From the NCBI GenBank assembly GCA_041664905.1, contig JBAYJX010000004.1:1-53411 (forward strand): 53,411 bases of DNA, read 5' to 3'. The translations under genes were made by a program, and so were the position numbers. The stretch is from an archaeon (GTDB lineage Archaea; Iainarchaeota; Iainarchaeia; Iainarchaeales; JAAZKV01). Below the pieces are notes generated by a model, which was given only the letters and a program-made list of their open reading frames with translations, was not told the DNA's origin and searched no databases. Shown piece by piece: positions 43,002 to 52,034 of this stretch; the stretch's first letter is position 1; each line of letters begins with the position of its first letter.

Positions 43002-44120
43002 ATGAAAGGGATAAAATTTGCAGTACTACTAATGATTTTGCTTACTTTTATTGGATTTGTAAATTCTGCAAGCCTATCTTTATCGCTTAATTCACTTGGG
43101 GCGGTTTCAGAAGGAGAAACTACTACAATAACCGCAACAGTAACTGCGGTAGGGGATAGTGTAAGCAACGTTTCCCTACAACTAGGCGCATTACCTACTG
43201 GAACAAGTACCTCAGATTCTTTAACCCAATCAGTTGGGACATTAAGTTCAGGACAAAGCTCTTCTAAAAGCTGGACTGTTAGAGGGGATATTGCTGGAAA
43301 TTATACATTTAACATAACTGCTTCCGGCACAAGTGTTAGCGATGTATTCCAAAATGCTTCCCTTGTTGTAAACACTGCTGCATATGTTGATGTTACAAAC
43401 AAAACCTGCAGTGATTCAACACTAATAGTAGGCGAAACGGTTACAATGAATTTTATTACAAAAAATACTGGTGGAAGTTCTGCAACCGTATCAATAAATA
43501 TGAGTGGGTACTCAAGCAATTTTACTTTAAGTTCAGGAAGCGCTTCTTCTAGTTTTGATTTGACTGCGGGGTCACAAAGCAGTAAATCCTATGTTTTTAC
43601 CGCAACAACTGCAGGGACAGCAACAATAAATGCGGCAATTACTTCAACAAAAAATGATCCAACTGACCAAACATGTTTGGTAACAATAACTGCTTCTACA
43701 GCATCAACTGATACAGGAAGTACAACTACAACAAATATTTGTTCATCAAATTCAACTTGCAATGATAACAATCCGTGTACTACTGATTCTTGTGTGAATA
43801 CAACTTGTGTTCATGCAGATGTGACAAATGGCACTTCTTGTGGAACAGAAAAAACATGCCAAAGCGGAGTATGTACCACAATAATTCCTACTACACAAAC
43901 ACAAAATCCTGTAGGTACAAATAATATTAACACAACTGATACAAACACACTAACAGAACAAACCACTAAAGGAACCGATAAAAATACTTTGAATTCGGGG
44001 GTTAATCAACCGTCTGCACAGTCCCCAATCGATTTGGGTTTTATTGCAGGAATAATAGTTGTTTTAGCAATAATTGGTGGGGCAGCATACTTTATTTTTG
44101 TAAGAAAGCCCGGGCTATAA
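43002..44120 (+). CDS. Surface protein with signal peptide, beta-sandwich repeats, Cys-rich module, Thr-rich stalk and C-terminal TM anchor
   Basis: It starts 12 nt after the giant gene's stop codon. Signal peptide MKGIKFAVLLMILLTFIGFVNSA. Two CARDB/DUF11-like repeats (GETTTITATVTAVGD..., GETVTMNFITKNTGG...). The C-terminus is DLGFIAGIIVVLAIIGGAAYFIFVRKPGL. Confidence 0.8.
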   Translation: MKGIKFAVLLMILLTFIGFVNSASLSLSLNSLGAVSEGETTTITATVTAVGDSVSNVSLQLGALPTGTSTSDSLTQSVGTLSSGQSSSKSWTVRGDIAGNYTFNITASGTSVSDVFQNASLVVNTAAYVDVTNKTCSDSTLIVGETVTMNFITKNTGGSSATVSINMSGYSSNFTLSSGSASSSFDLTAGSQSSKSYVFTATTAGTATINAAITSTKNDPTDQTCLVTITASTASTDTGSTTTTNICSSNSTCNDNNPCTTDSCVNTTCVHADVTNGTSCGTEKTCQSGVCTTIIPTTQTQNPVGTNNINTTDTNTLTEQTTKGTDKNTLNSGVNQPSAQSPIDLGFIAGIIVVLAIIGGAAYFIFVRKPGL

Positions 44121-44180
44121 AAATTATTTAAAAAAAGCAAAGACTATAAAGCATTTTCTTTTCCTACTTTAGTGATACTT

Positions 44181-44915
44181 ATGGAAAAAAATATTAAAAA
44201 AATTGTTAAAGAAAGTTATGCTAATGCAGCAAAATTGAGTGGGTGTTCTTGTCACTCTACTAAGGATGAACAAGAAAAAATTGCTAAAACAATCGGTTAC
44301 TCTCAGCAAGAATTGAATAATGTTCCTGAAGCAAATCTTGGACTTGGATGCGGAAACCCTACTGCACTTGGCGAGATAAACAAAGGGATGACAGTTTTAG
44401 ATTTGGGTTCTGGGGCAGGACTTGATTGTTTCTTAGCAGCAAAAAAAGTTGGCGAAGATGGAAAAGTAATTGGGGTAGACATGACTATTGAAATGATTAA
44501 ACTTGCAAAAGCTAATGCAAAAAAATACGGGTTCAAAAATGTGGAATTCCGCTTAGGCGATATTGAATCTTTGCCAGTTGATTCAGATTCAATTGATGTA
44601 ATTATTAGTAATTGTGTAATTAATCTTGCTCCAGATAAATCAAAAGTATTCAAAGAAGCTTACCGTGTACTCAAAAAAGGCGGAAGAATGCTTTTGTCAG
44701 ATATTGTTTTGTTAAAAGAATTATCTCTTTGGCAACGCGAAGACAAAGAACTAATTGCAGGATGCGTAGGCGGAGCGCTTCTTCGAGAAAAATACTTAAA
44801 AATTGTTGAAAATGCAGGGTTTAAGGTAACAATACTTGACGAAGACATGCAAATAAGTAAAAGACAATACAACGGAATTCCTCTTGAAAGCCTAAAAATA
44901 TCCGCGCAAAAGTAA
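44181..44915 (+). CDS. arsM: Arsenite S-adenosylmethionine methyltransferase (ArsM-like)
   Basis: [73 protein letters not shown] and AGCVGGA match the conserved Cys-containing ArsM motifs. GTG 44172 is an alternative start. Confidence 0.8.
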   Translation: MEKNIKKIVKESYANAAKLSGCSCHSTKDEQEKIAKTIGYSQQELNNVPEANLGLGCGNPTALGEINKGMTVLDLGSGAGLDCFLAAKKVGEDGKVIGVDMTIEMIKLAKANAKKYGFKNVEFRLGDIESLPVDSDSIDVIISNCVINLAPDKSKVFKEAYRVLKKGGRMLLSDIVLLKELSLWQREDKELIAGCVGGALLREKYLKIVENAGFKVTILDEDMQISKRQYNGIPLESLKISAQK

Positions 44916-44984
44916 AATGTATTTTTGGGATAAGTCAGAGTACTTTTATTAATCTAATACTGCTAAATCTGTTAAGTGAACAAA

Positions 44985-45701
44985 ATGAAAAAACATATTT
45001 CAAAGCCAAGTGTTGAAACAAAAAAAGAGTCTTTTGTTCAAAAACTTAGGGGCTTTGCAAAAGCAAAACCTTATTTTGTCTTGGGTTTAATTATTGCAAT
45101 AATTGCAATTTTAATTTTTTCCGCACAATACTTTACTGCGCCGCAAGCAACACTATCGGATAAAGCAATTTTTGCAAAACAAATTTATTTAGATAATAAC
45201 TCAGTGCTTGGGGAATTTAGATTAAATTTAGAAGAAGAAATGAAGAATCCTCCGGTGACTACTCTTGATGATGATTACTTATATTCAATAAAATCCGACC
45301 TTGACTGGCTAACAAGCAAGAATGAATCAATATTTAACTCAAAACCAAATAGCGGGGTTTACATAAAAGAAATTGCTTTCTCTTTAGCATTGCAAAAAAT
45401 AATTGAACTTAATTCAACTTTTTCAATTGACTTAGGCGAAGCGGATTATCAAACAGAAATAAATTTAGCGAAGAATACTGACATTAACACGCCTGTATTG
45501 CTCACTTTGCTTGAAATGGGGCAATACTTTGATAATGATGCTGAACGAGAGCTTTACTCGAACTCATTAAAATCAATTTTTGATGAATATATTTCACTAA
45601 AAAGAATATTAATTTCTAATTCTGATTCAATGGAAAGAAAGTATGTTGAATCAAAAAAACTAATTCTTTTATCACAGAGTTATGACGAAAATTTAGCTTA
45701 A
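44985..45701 (+). CDS. Hypothetical N-terminally anchored membrane protein
   Basis: One TM (YFVLGLIIAIIAILIFSAQYF) followed by a soluble helical domain. No family recognised. Confidence 0.5.
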   Translation: MKKHISKPSVETKKESFVQKLRGFAKAKPYFVLGLIIAIIAILIFSAQYFTAPQATLSDKAIFAKQIYLDNNSVLGEFRLNLEEEMKNPPVTTLDDDYLYSIKSDLDWLTSKNESIFNSKPNSGVYIKEIAFSLALQKIIELNSTFSIDLGEADYQTEINLAKNTDINTPVLLTLLEMGQYFDNDAERELYSNSLKSIFDEYISLKRILISNSDSMERKYVESKKLILLSQSYDENLA

Positions 45702-45704
45702 TAT

Positions 45705-46403
45705 TTATTCTTTTTTTGGCATCATTTGAGTTAATTCTTCTAAAGTTATTTCTCCAAGAGGTTTATCTTGCAAAAATAAAAGTCCTTTTTGTGGGGGAGT
45801 TCGCCATAGCTTTGTGAAAGTTTTATCATTAACCGCCTTAAAATAATCCTGAACCTTAGCATAATAAATTTTTGATTCTAAAGCAAGGTCTTTGAAAGTT
45901 TTTCGGAAAAGTTCGCAAAAAGGGTATTGTTCTCTATACCCTGCAACTGCAATAAAAGGAAATAATTTACAAGGCGCTGGACGTGATTCATAAATTTCGC
46001 AAGAGTTAGATGCGTCAAGAAAAAGACAAGCATTTCTTTTCTCGTGAGTTGTTTTTTCTTTTGAAAAATTAAAAACAGTTTTTTCTTCTCTTTTTATGAC
46101 AACTTGTGGAACAATAAAAAAACTTTCCTGCATTAACGGAAACTCTTTTTCAATTAAAGTGTAAATTCTCTCAGGCAAAAAAGTACTTGGAAAAGTTAAA
46201 ACCCCCGGAGTAGTTTTTGGAAAAAGTTTTACGTGCAAAACACAATTATTTTCTAAAAAATCTTTTCTTGAAACGGATAATAATTTTGCTATTTTAGTTG
46301 CTTCTTCTGGTAAAACAGTAATCCAATATCTTTTACAACACTCTCCGCAAGCAAGACAAAGCGCGGATTCCTCTTTTTTTGAGAGTTTTTGGCCCAAATT
46401 CAT
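45705..46403 (-). CDS. YkgJ-family cysteine-cluster protein (CxxCxxCC zinc/iron-chelating domain)
   Basis: N-terminal CLACGECCKRYWITV and a C-terminal Cys motif (NSCEIYESRPAPCKLFP) fit the PF03692-type pattern from memory. Confidence 0.7.
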   Translation of the reverse strand: MNLGQKLSKKEESALCLACGECCKRYWITVLPEEATKIAKLLSVSRKDFLENNCVLHVKLFPKTTPGVLTFPSTFLPERIYTLIEKEFPLMQESFFIVPQVVIKREEKTVFNFSKEKTTHEKRNACLFLDASNSCEIYESRPAPCKLFPFIAVAGYREQYPFCELFRKTFKDLALESKIYYAKVQDYFKAVNDKTFTKLWRTPPQKGLLFLQDKPLGEITLEELTQMMPKKE

Positions 46404-46468
46404 TTTAGGATTGTTATGGGAAGGCTTTAAAAGTTTATTAAACCCCTTTTACTTATAGTTGGCAGAAT

Positions 46469-46561
46469 GCCTCTGTGGCTCAGTTGGTAGAGCGCCGGTT
46501 TTGTACTCCATTATTTGGACAAATTAACCGATGGTCGTGGGTCCGAATCCCACCAGAGGCT
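46469..46561 (+). tRNA. tRNA-Thr(UGU) with a 20-nt intron at 37/38 (46506-46525)
   Basis: Manual cloverleaf: GCCTCTG/CAGAGGC acceptor, GCTC-AGTTGGTA-GAGC D-arm, CCGGT/ACCGA anticodon stem (one C-A mismatch), loop TT-TGT-A[intron]A, TGGTC variable, GTGGG-TCCGAAT-CCCAC T-arm. Intron ACAAA pairs with the anticodon-region TTTGT, which is BHB-like. Confidence 0.8.
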
Positions 46562-46722
46562 TAGTTCCTGCTATTTATACGTGCCTCCAAAAAGAGGCTA
46601 AGTGTAAGTGGCGGATATGGCTTTCAAGGAAAGCTCTACTTCTGCTATTTATTTGTGGTTTACAAAAATTGTAAACTTTGCCCATTAATACCAGTTCAAC
46701 ACAGTGTTGATAGGTTGTAATA

Positions 46723-47949
46723 ATGGAAAATAATTTTGACATACATGATCATGCAAAAACCATTGCGGCGTATTGTGCGAAAATTCCCACTTCAGAGTTT
46801 ATTTGTGAAGCCAGTAAGCCAGTCTTGCTTGACTATCACAGAGCCAACGTTATGGACGGTCTCGCGCTTCCAACCCAACTCAAGCATTTACAGGCGATGT
46901 ATCATTTGGCTAAACAATTGAAAGAGAAACCATTGCTTAGTCTTGAGAAGAAAGACATTGAGGAACTGGTTTTTCAAATTCGAAGTAGCCCAAAGTCATT
47001 ATCTACTAAACAAAAATACCTTATTTGTATGAAAAAGTTCTACAAATGGGCTAATGGGGGTACATATCCCGAAAAAATAGCTTGGGTTCATGTAAAGAAA
47101 AGTATAAGCGACCAAAAACTTCCAGAAGATTTACTTACGCTTGAAGAAGTAAAACGAATGTTAAATGTGTGTGAAAATGATAGAGATCGTTGTTTCATTA
47201 GCTTGCTAAATGAATTGGGTTGCAGAATAGGCGAGATACTCCCAATTAAAGTAAAACATTTTGTTCAAGATGGACAATTAGCCCATATCACCATGCAAAA
47301 ATCCAAAACCAAACCCCGAAGTCTGATAGTGATAGATTCTGTGCAATATGTGGGACGTTGGTTAAATAAACATCCAACTAAAGATCCTGAAGATTCTCTT
47401 TTTGTTGGAATTGGGGCAAAAAATAAAGGTAAACGTTGGAGTTACTCTGCTGCAGTAATGGCATTAAGGAAAATTGCCAAGCGTGCTAACGTAAAGAAAG
47501 GTGTTAACCCACATAATTTTCGACATAGCACAGCAACAAGGTATGCTCAGAGAATGCTCGACGCGCAATTAAACTCTTGGTTTGGTTGGGTGCAAGGTTC
47601 TTCTGTTTCCAGAACGTATGTTCATCTTGCTGGAGGAGACTCAGATAATGTTGCATTAGAAATGAGGGGAATGAAAAAACGCGAAGACAACAAACTAACC
47701 ATGGGCCAATTAGACTGCAAATACTGCGGTACTGTAAATCCGGGCAACCTTGATTTTTGTGAAAAGTGTGGTTCAGCAATAACTGTAATTGGCGGCCTAA
47801 AAAAAGACTCTGAAGCCGAATTATTCAGAAAAGAGATGGAAGCAAGACAAAAAGTACTTGAAGAATATTTAAAATATCAAAATGAACGAATGCAAAAACT
47901 TGAAGATGCACTAAAAGAAACTGAAAAATTAAAAATACAAAATAAATAG
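46723..47949 (+). CDS. Tyrosine recombinase/integrase with a C-terminal zinc-ribbon and coiled-coil extension
   Basis: Catalytic pattern read from the translation: LGCRIGEIL (Arg I), HNFRHSTATRYA (His-x-x-Arg II), GW and SRTYVHL (Tyr). A SAM-like N-terminal domain is present. The extension is CKYCGTVNPGNLDFCEKCGS followed by a K/E-rich helix. Confidence 0.85.
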   Translation: MENNFDIHDHAKTIAAYCAKIPTSEFICEASKPVLLDYHRANVMDGLALPTQLKHLQAMYHLAKQLKEKPLLSLEKKDIEELVFQIRSSPKSLSTKQKYLICMKKFYKWANGGTYPEKIAWVHVKKSISDQKLPEDLLTLEEVKRMLNVCENDRDRCFISLLNELGCRIGEILPIKVKHFVQDGQLAHITMQKSKTKPRSLIVIDSVQYVGRWLNKHPTKDPEDSLFVGIGAKNKGKRWSYSAAVMALRKIAKRANVKKGVNPHNFRHSTATRYAQRMLDAQLNSWFGWVQGSSVSRTYVHLAGGDSDNVALEMRGMKKREDNKLTMGQLDCKYCGTVNPGNLDFCEKCGSAITVIGGLKKDSEAELFRKEMEARQKVLEEYLKYQNERMQKLEDALKETEKLKIQNK

Positions 47950-47951
47950 TT

Positions 47952-48626
47952 CTATTGGGCAATATTTTCTAACTCGGCTGATTCAAAAGCAGTTTGCTTG
48001 GAAAGGTAATCATAAACAGAAATTTGAATTGTGTACTTTCCTATCACTTCAGCAGTATAATAAAATCCGTGTACTACAAATTCTTCGCTTGTGCCTGTTT
48101 TCTCGCCGGCATCAAAATTAGCCCAATATTGGGTGTTGTTTTTATCAAATATTTTTTCATTAATGCGAATATCATACTTTGAGTTGTGCAATACCCTATA
48201 TATTTTGTAAGTAACGGTTCTTGTTTCTCCGAGTTTAAACGGAGTTGCAAGTATTGATTTATCAATTTCTATTCTTGGACTGCCTTCACAAGAACAACTG
48301 CATTGTGCTACCAAGTATTGCCCACTTGAGCTATCCCCCAATATACTTTGGTATTTTCCGCCATTTTCTTTGCATAAATTAGCACAAGCAACTTTTGCTT
48401 TGGATTCAGTTTCATAAAAAACTTCGCTAGGTTGCGTAGTATACACGCCTTTTTCTCCGCAAGATGGGGCAGAGTCTAATGTGCTAATATCGACTTGTTG
48501 GTCAGTTTGGTGTAAACCAGTATTGGGGATTGATTTTGTTCCTGCAGTAGCTCCAACAATAAAGAATGCAATGATAATAATTGCGGCTACAAGCATTATT
48601 GCGGTCACAATCTTATTTTGTTCCAT
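47952..48626 (-). CDS. N-terminally anchored extracellular protein with a Cys-rich segment and a beta-sandwich-like C-terminal domain
   Basis: TM IVTAIMLVAAIIIIAFFIVGA, a Cys cluster (CGEKG...CANLCKENGG...AQCSCSCEG) and a beta-rich C-terminus. No family recognised. Confidence 0.55.
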   Translation of the reverse strand: MEQNKIVTAIMLVAAIIIIAFFIVGATAGTKSIPNTGLHQTDQQVDISTLDSAPSCGEKGVYTTQPSEVFYETESKAKVACANLCKENGGKYQSILGDSSSGQYLVAQCSCSCEGSPRIEIDKSILATPFKLGETRTVTYKIYRVLHNSKYDIRINEKIFDKNNTQYWANFDAGEKTGTSEEFVVHGFYYTAEVIGKYTIQISVYDYLSKQTAFESAELENIAQ

Positions 48627-48709
48627 ATTTGGATTAGCTCTGGATAAGGTGAGTTCTTTCTTTATGCAAAATCACTAAGTAACTTAGGCAATTTCTCTTT
48701 AAAAAACTT

Positions 48710-48728
48710 GTTACGCTGGTGTTACGCT
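48710..48728 (+). promoter_or_regulatory. Tandem direct repeat GTTACGCT-GGT-GTTACGCT (11-nt period) next to a TTTAATTTA TATA-like box. Candidate operator of the wHTH gene.
   Basis: Repeat read directly. It lies 30-48 nt upstream of the 48758 start, with a TATA-like sequence at 48732-48740. Confidence 0.35.
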
Positions 48729-48757
48729 TGCTTTAATTTAGCCTTAAAACCATTATA

Positions 48758-49030
48758 GTGATGAAAGATTACAATGTAATTGCCTCATTACGACGAAGCA
48801 AAATTAAGCCTCATTTGCTTGAGCTTCTCAGTGAACCAAAAACTGTAACTGATTTAAAAAAACTCACAACCTTGCACCGTGAAAGCATCAGTAGAGCACT
48901 AATTGATTTGGAAAAACAAGGTCTGGTAAAATGTCTAAATCCAGAACAACCAAACTTTAGGTATTACAGTTTAACAAAAAAAGGGAAAGCGTTGGATAAA
49001 GCTATTTGTTTGAAGCCGCGTGTAAGTTAA
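48758..49030 (+). CDS. Small winged-helix (ArsR/MarR-like) transcriptional regulator
   Basis: 90 aa. SKIKPHLLELLSEPKTVTDLKKLTTLHRESISRALIDLEKQGLVKCL is a typical wHTH recognition unit, followed by a wing (RYYSLTKKG). Confidence 0.7.
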   Translation: MMKDYNVIASLRRSKIKPHLLELLSEPKTVTDLKKLTTLHRESISRALIDLEKQGLVKCLNPEQPNFRYYSLTKKGKALDKAICLKPRVS

Positions 49031-49086
49031 TAGTGCTAGTACTAAAAGTCAAAAAACCACTTAATTTAACCTTTTTGTATAGTTCA

Positions 49087-50436
49087 ATGAATATGGGACT
49101 CATAAATAAGGACTTAAGTTTTTTTGATAAATTGGGGTTTAGAGCCGAATCAATTAATGTGAAAAAAAATGTAAAAAAAGAATTTGGATTATCTGTCTTC
49201 TTTTTTGTTTCATCAATATTTCTTTCAGTCTTGCTTTATTTGTCAGCTGTTAACTTAGAATTCTTTTTTAATCATAATCAGGAGGTAATAAAATTCATTC
49301 CTCAAGACCTTGTGCAGGGTTTCTTAATATTTTTTATACTATTTTTTTTGGCACTCACTCTTTATTTGGTTATATTGGCTATAGTAATTTGGTTACACGA
49401 AATTATTTTTTTGGGTATACTGGGTTTGGGCCGCATACTATTGTATACATATAAAAAGGACTTTGTTAAGGATAATGCTACTATTAAAAAAATCAAGCCA
49501 AAAATTGTTTCCTTAGTTCCAAAGTGGGACCTTACAAAAACTAAATTCCATAGGTTTCTTAATGACTTTAGGAATTTTACAAATTTTGAGCTTGTGTTGG
49601 GTGTAACATTTTTTGTTTTTGCTATTTTATTATTTCTTTTTGATATAAAAATCGCGTTAATGGCGTTTTTCATGACATTTTCAATACGGACAATTTTGGT
49701 AACTCAAATGTTTAAAAAAACAAGAATCAATAATTTTACATGTTTTTTTGTAACATTTGCGATTATTTCTTTTTTAGTGGTTTCAATTGTTTTAGCCGAG
49801 ATTGCATTAATGCTATTTTTAACTTCAATTTCATTTGATTTAATTTGTTTATTTTTGGAGAAAAGACAAAAAGAACTCCTGACTTTTTATTTATCTAAAT
49901 TAGAACAGATTGATTTAAACCAACCTGATGAACGGAAATTACTCACACCAATTTTAATTGAGATTGAGAGGTATGTTCACTTTAATTTTTCAATTGATAG
50001 AACCATAGGGAGTTTGGGTTTATCCTCGCCTCGTGTAGATAAAAAAATAATTCATACTTGGGAAAATAAACTTTACTCTCTTCCTCCAGACGTAGCAATG
50101 GTACAACTTCATAAAATAGCGTTATTGAAACAGGACTTGGATATTGAACCGTATGCCTTTTATCAAAAAATGATTGGGGTTTCGGTTGAGCTAGAAAAAA
50201 TTGCAAAAGACAATGAATTTTATATTAATCTAAAAAAAAGATATTATGAGTCAAATTTTAAGAAAGTTTTGGATTTTGTTGTTACCAATGGAATAAAAGA
50301 ATTGTTTAAAATAATAATTTCTGCATTGGGGGGTATTGGATTAATTGCTTTGTTTTTGATACTTACTGGACACACGGTGGATATTTCAACTATCTTTGCC
50401 GCATGGGCTAATATAACTACTATAACTAACGGGTGA
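49087..50436 (+). CDS. Hypothetical polytopic membrane protein (about 8-9 TM in two clusters)
   Basis: Phe/Leu/Ile-rich hydrophobic segments across the N-terminal two thirds and at the C-terminus, with a soluble helical insert. ATG 49087 avoids the overlap with the wHTH gene implied by the track start at 49006. Confidence 0.55.
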   Translation: MNMGLINKDLSFFDKLGFRAESINVKKNVKKEFGLSVFFFVSSIFLSVLLYLSAVNLEFFFNHNQEVIKFIPQDLVQGFLIFFILFFLALTLYLVILAIVIWLHEIIFLGILGLGRILLYTYKKDFVKDNATIKKIKPKIVSLVPKWDLTKTKFHRFLNDFRNFTNFELVLGVTFFVFAILLFLFDIKIALMAFFMTFSIRTILVTQMFKKTRINNFTCFFVTFAIISFLVVSIVLAEIALMLFLTSISFDLICLFLEKRQKELLTFYLSKLEQIDLNQPDERKLLTPILIEIERYVHFNFSIDRTIGSLGLSSPRVDKKIIHTWENKLYSLPPDVAMVQLHKIALLKQDLDIEPYAFYQKMIGVSVELEKIAKDNEFYINLKKRYYESNFKKVLDFVVTNGIKELFKIIISALGGIGLIALFLILTGHTVDISTIFAAWANITTITNG

Positions 50437-50563
50437 CGAGTTTACTTGCCGGTAGTAATTACAAAAAGTTTAATTATTTTGTGTATTTGTTTTGCTAACG
50501 TAAGATTTCTTCTATTTGGGCCTCTGATACCCGTTTTAAAAGATTGTGTGACATAAACCATTT

Positions 50564-52024
50564 ATGGACAAAACTGTTATTGTTGCAGTAGTGTTTTTTA
50601 GTCTAATAATCACTTTTTCTGGATGTGTACAACAAAGTGATTCTAATTCGCAAGCGCAATTAAACACTTCTGCGAATGAGTTACTGGGGGCAAGTCCAAG
50701 TTCTTTAATAGCTACTCAACCGCTTGTTTGTCCTTATGACTGCTGTGTTGGTACTGATTATGTAAATAAAAGTTGTAGTGTGAATTATGTGTGTGAACAA
50801 AATAAATGTAATCCTGTATGCAAAGAGGTTACATATTTTGAAAATGTGCCTAAACAAATATCGGTGCCATACCAAGATACTGTGTGTGTGGATATTCCTT
50901 ACCAAGAACCATACCAAGAACAGGAATGTCATTTGGAAAATGTGATATATTCTACAACAACCCCGGTTGTAAATGATTATTGGACATTAGCCAGTGGTTG
51001 TGTAACGGAGTATTACTTAAATCTTACAAACACTGACAACCAAGTGGGAGTGTTTCAAGCAAAATTTGATTTAAAACTTCAAGATGGTACTATTCAACAA
51101 AAAACAAGTTCAAATAGTGTTTTTCCTGGAACAACAACTAAGTTTAGCGTGTCTTATGATCGGTCTTGTTTTAGTCAAATTCCTACACTAAACTCTTTTT
51201 CAGTTACGCCTTCTCAGAAAAATGTTTGTGTTATGGTTACCAAGTATAGGTCGTTGACAAGGCAAGAGTGCCATATGGAAACTAAATACCGTGATGAAAC
51301 AACTTATGAAAGTGTTCAGAAAACAAAAACTGTTTGTGGTAATGAACTTAATGCATGCTCACAAATGACTTGTAACGATAACCAAGAATGTACAATTGAT
51401 TCCTGTTCAGATAGTGTTTGTCAGTATTCAGCAAAACCAAATGGTGAAACCTGTTCCGATGGATTATGCTCTAATGGAATTTGTATATTAAACAAGACAA
51501 GCGCGGTTGTACAAACTTGTAATGAAGTTGAATGTTCAATTAAATCAACTTTTGTTTGCCAAGGAACTACCAAATTGATTAACAAATTTTCATGCCAAAA
51601 TAATCTGTGCGTGAGTAGCAATTCGCAGGAAGCTAATAGTATAAGCTGTGGATACGTCGCAGGTGTTCCAATACCGGCGGTGTCAATTAAAGATAAAGTT
51701 CAGGACTTATTTAATCGGTTTACTGAGTTTAAATTACTTCAAAATGGGGCAGTGGTAAATTTATATTTGATTGATGAAACAATCGATTTTTCAATCATGA
51801 AAAATTCTTCAGGTGTAACGGTTACTGAAAGTGATGTGGGGGATATAACAATGTCGCTGGACGACCATGTTTTTAACCTTCTTTATAGTGCATCAAATAT
51901 TTGTTCCAAAGCAAAAGAACTAAGGACTCAAGGGTTAATTTCAGAATACAATTTTATTCAAAACAAATCACAAACTGACTTAGTTGCTGCGGGCTACAAT
52001 AACCTTATAAGTTGTTTTAGTTGA
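50564..52024 (+). CDS. Secreted/lipoprotein-like Cys-rich protein
   Basis: Signal peptide ending FSGC, an N-terminal Cys-rich segment (CPYDCCVGTDYVNKSCSVNYVCEQNKCNPVC) and a central module CSQMTCNDNQECTIDSCSDSVCQYSAKPNGETCSDGLCSNGIC. Confidence 0.65.
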   Translation: MDKTVIVAVVFFSLIITFSGCVQQSDSNSQAQLNTSANELLGASPSSLIATQPLVCPYDCCVGTDYVNKSCSVNYVCEQNKCNPVCKEVTYFENVPKQISVPYQDTVCVDIPYQEPYQEQECHLENVIYSTTTPVVNDYWTLASGCVTEYYLNLTNTDNQVGVFQAKFDLKLQDGTIQQKTSSNSVFPGTTTKFSVSYDRSCFSQIPTLNSFSVTPSQKNVCVMVTKYRSLTRQECHMETKYRDETTYESVQKTKTVCGNELNACSQMTCNDNQECTIDSCSDSVCQYSAKPNGETCSDGLCSNGICILNKTSAVVQTCNEVECSIKSTFVCQGTTKLINKFSCQNNLCVSSNSQEANSISCGYVAGVPIPAVSIKDKVQDLFNRFTEFKLLQNGAVVNLYLIDETIDFSIMKNSSGVTVTESDVGDITMSLDDHVFNLLYSASNICSKAKELRTQGLISEYNFIQNKSQTDLVAAGYNNLISCFS

Positions 52025-52034
52025 AAACTATACT

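Noticed and set aside
50518-50530. GGCCTCTGA upstream of the 50564 gene, considered as a possible attR for the tRNA-Thr element
   Set aside because: Only 7-8 nt match, and they match the 5' end of the tRNA (GCCTCTG) rather than the 3' end expected for an att duplication. Chance cannot be distinguished.
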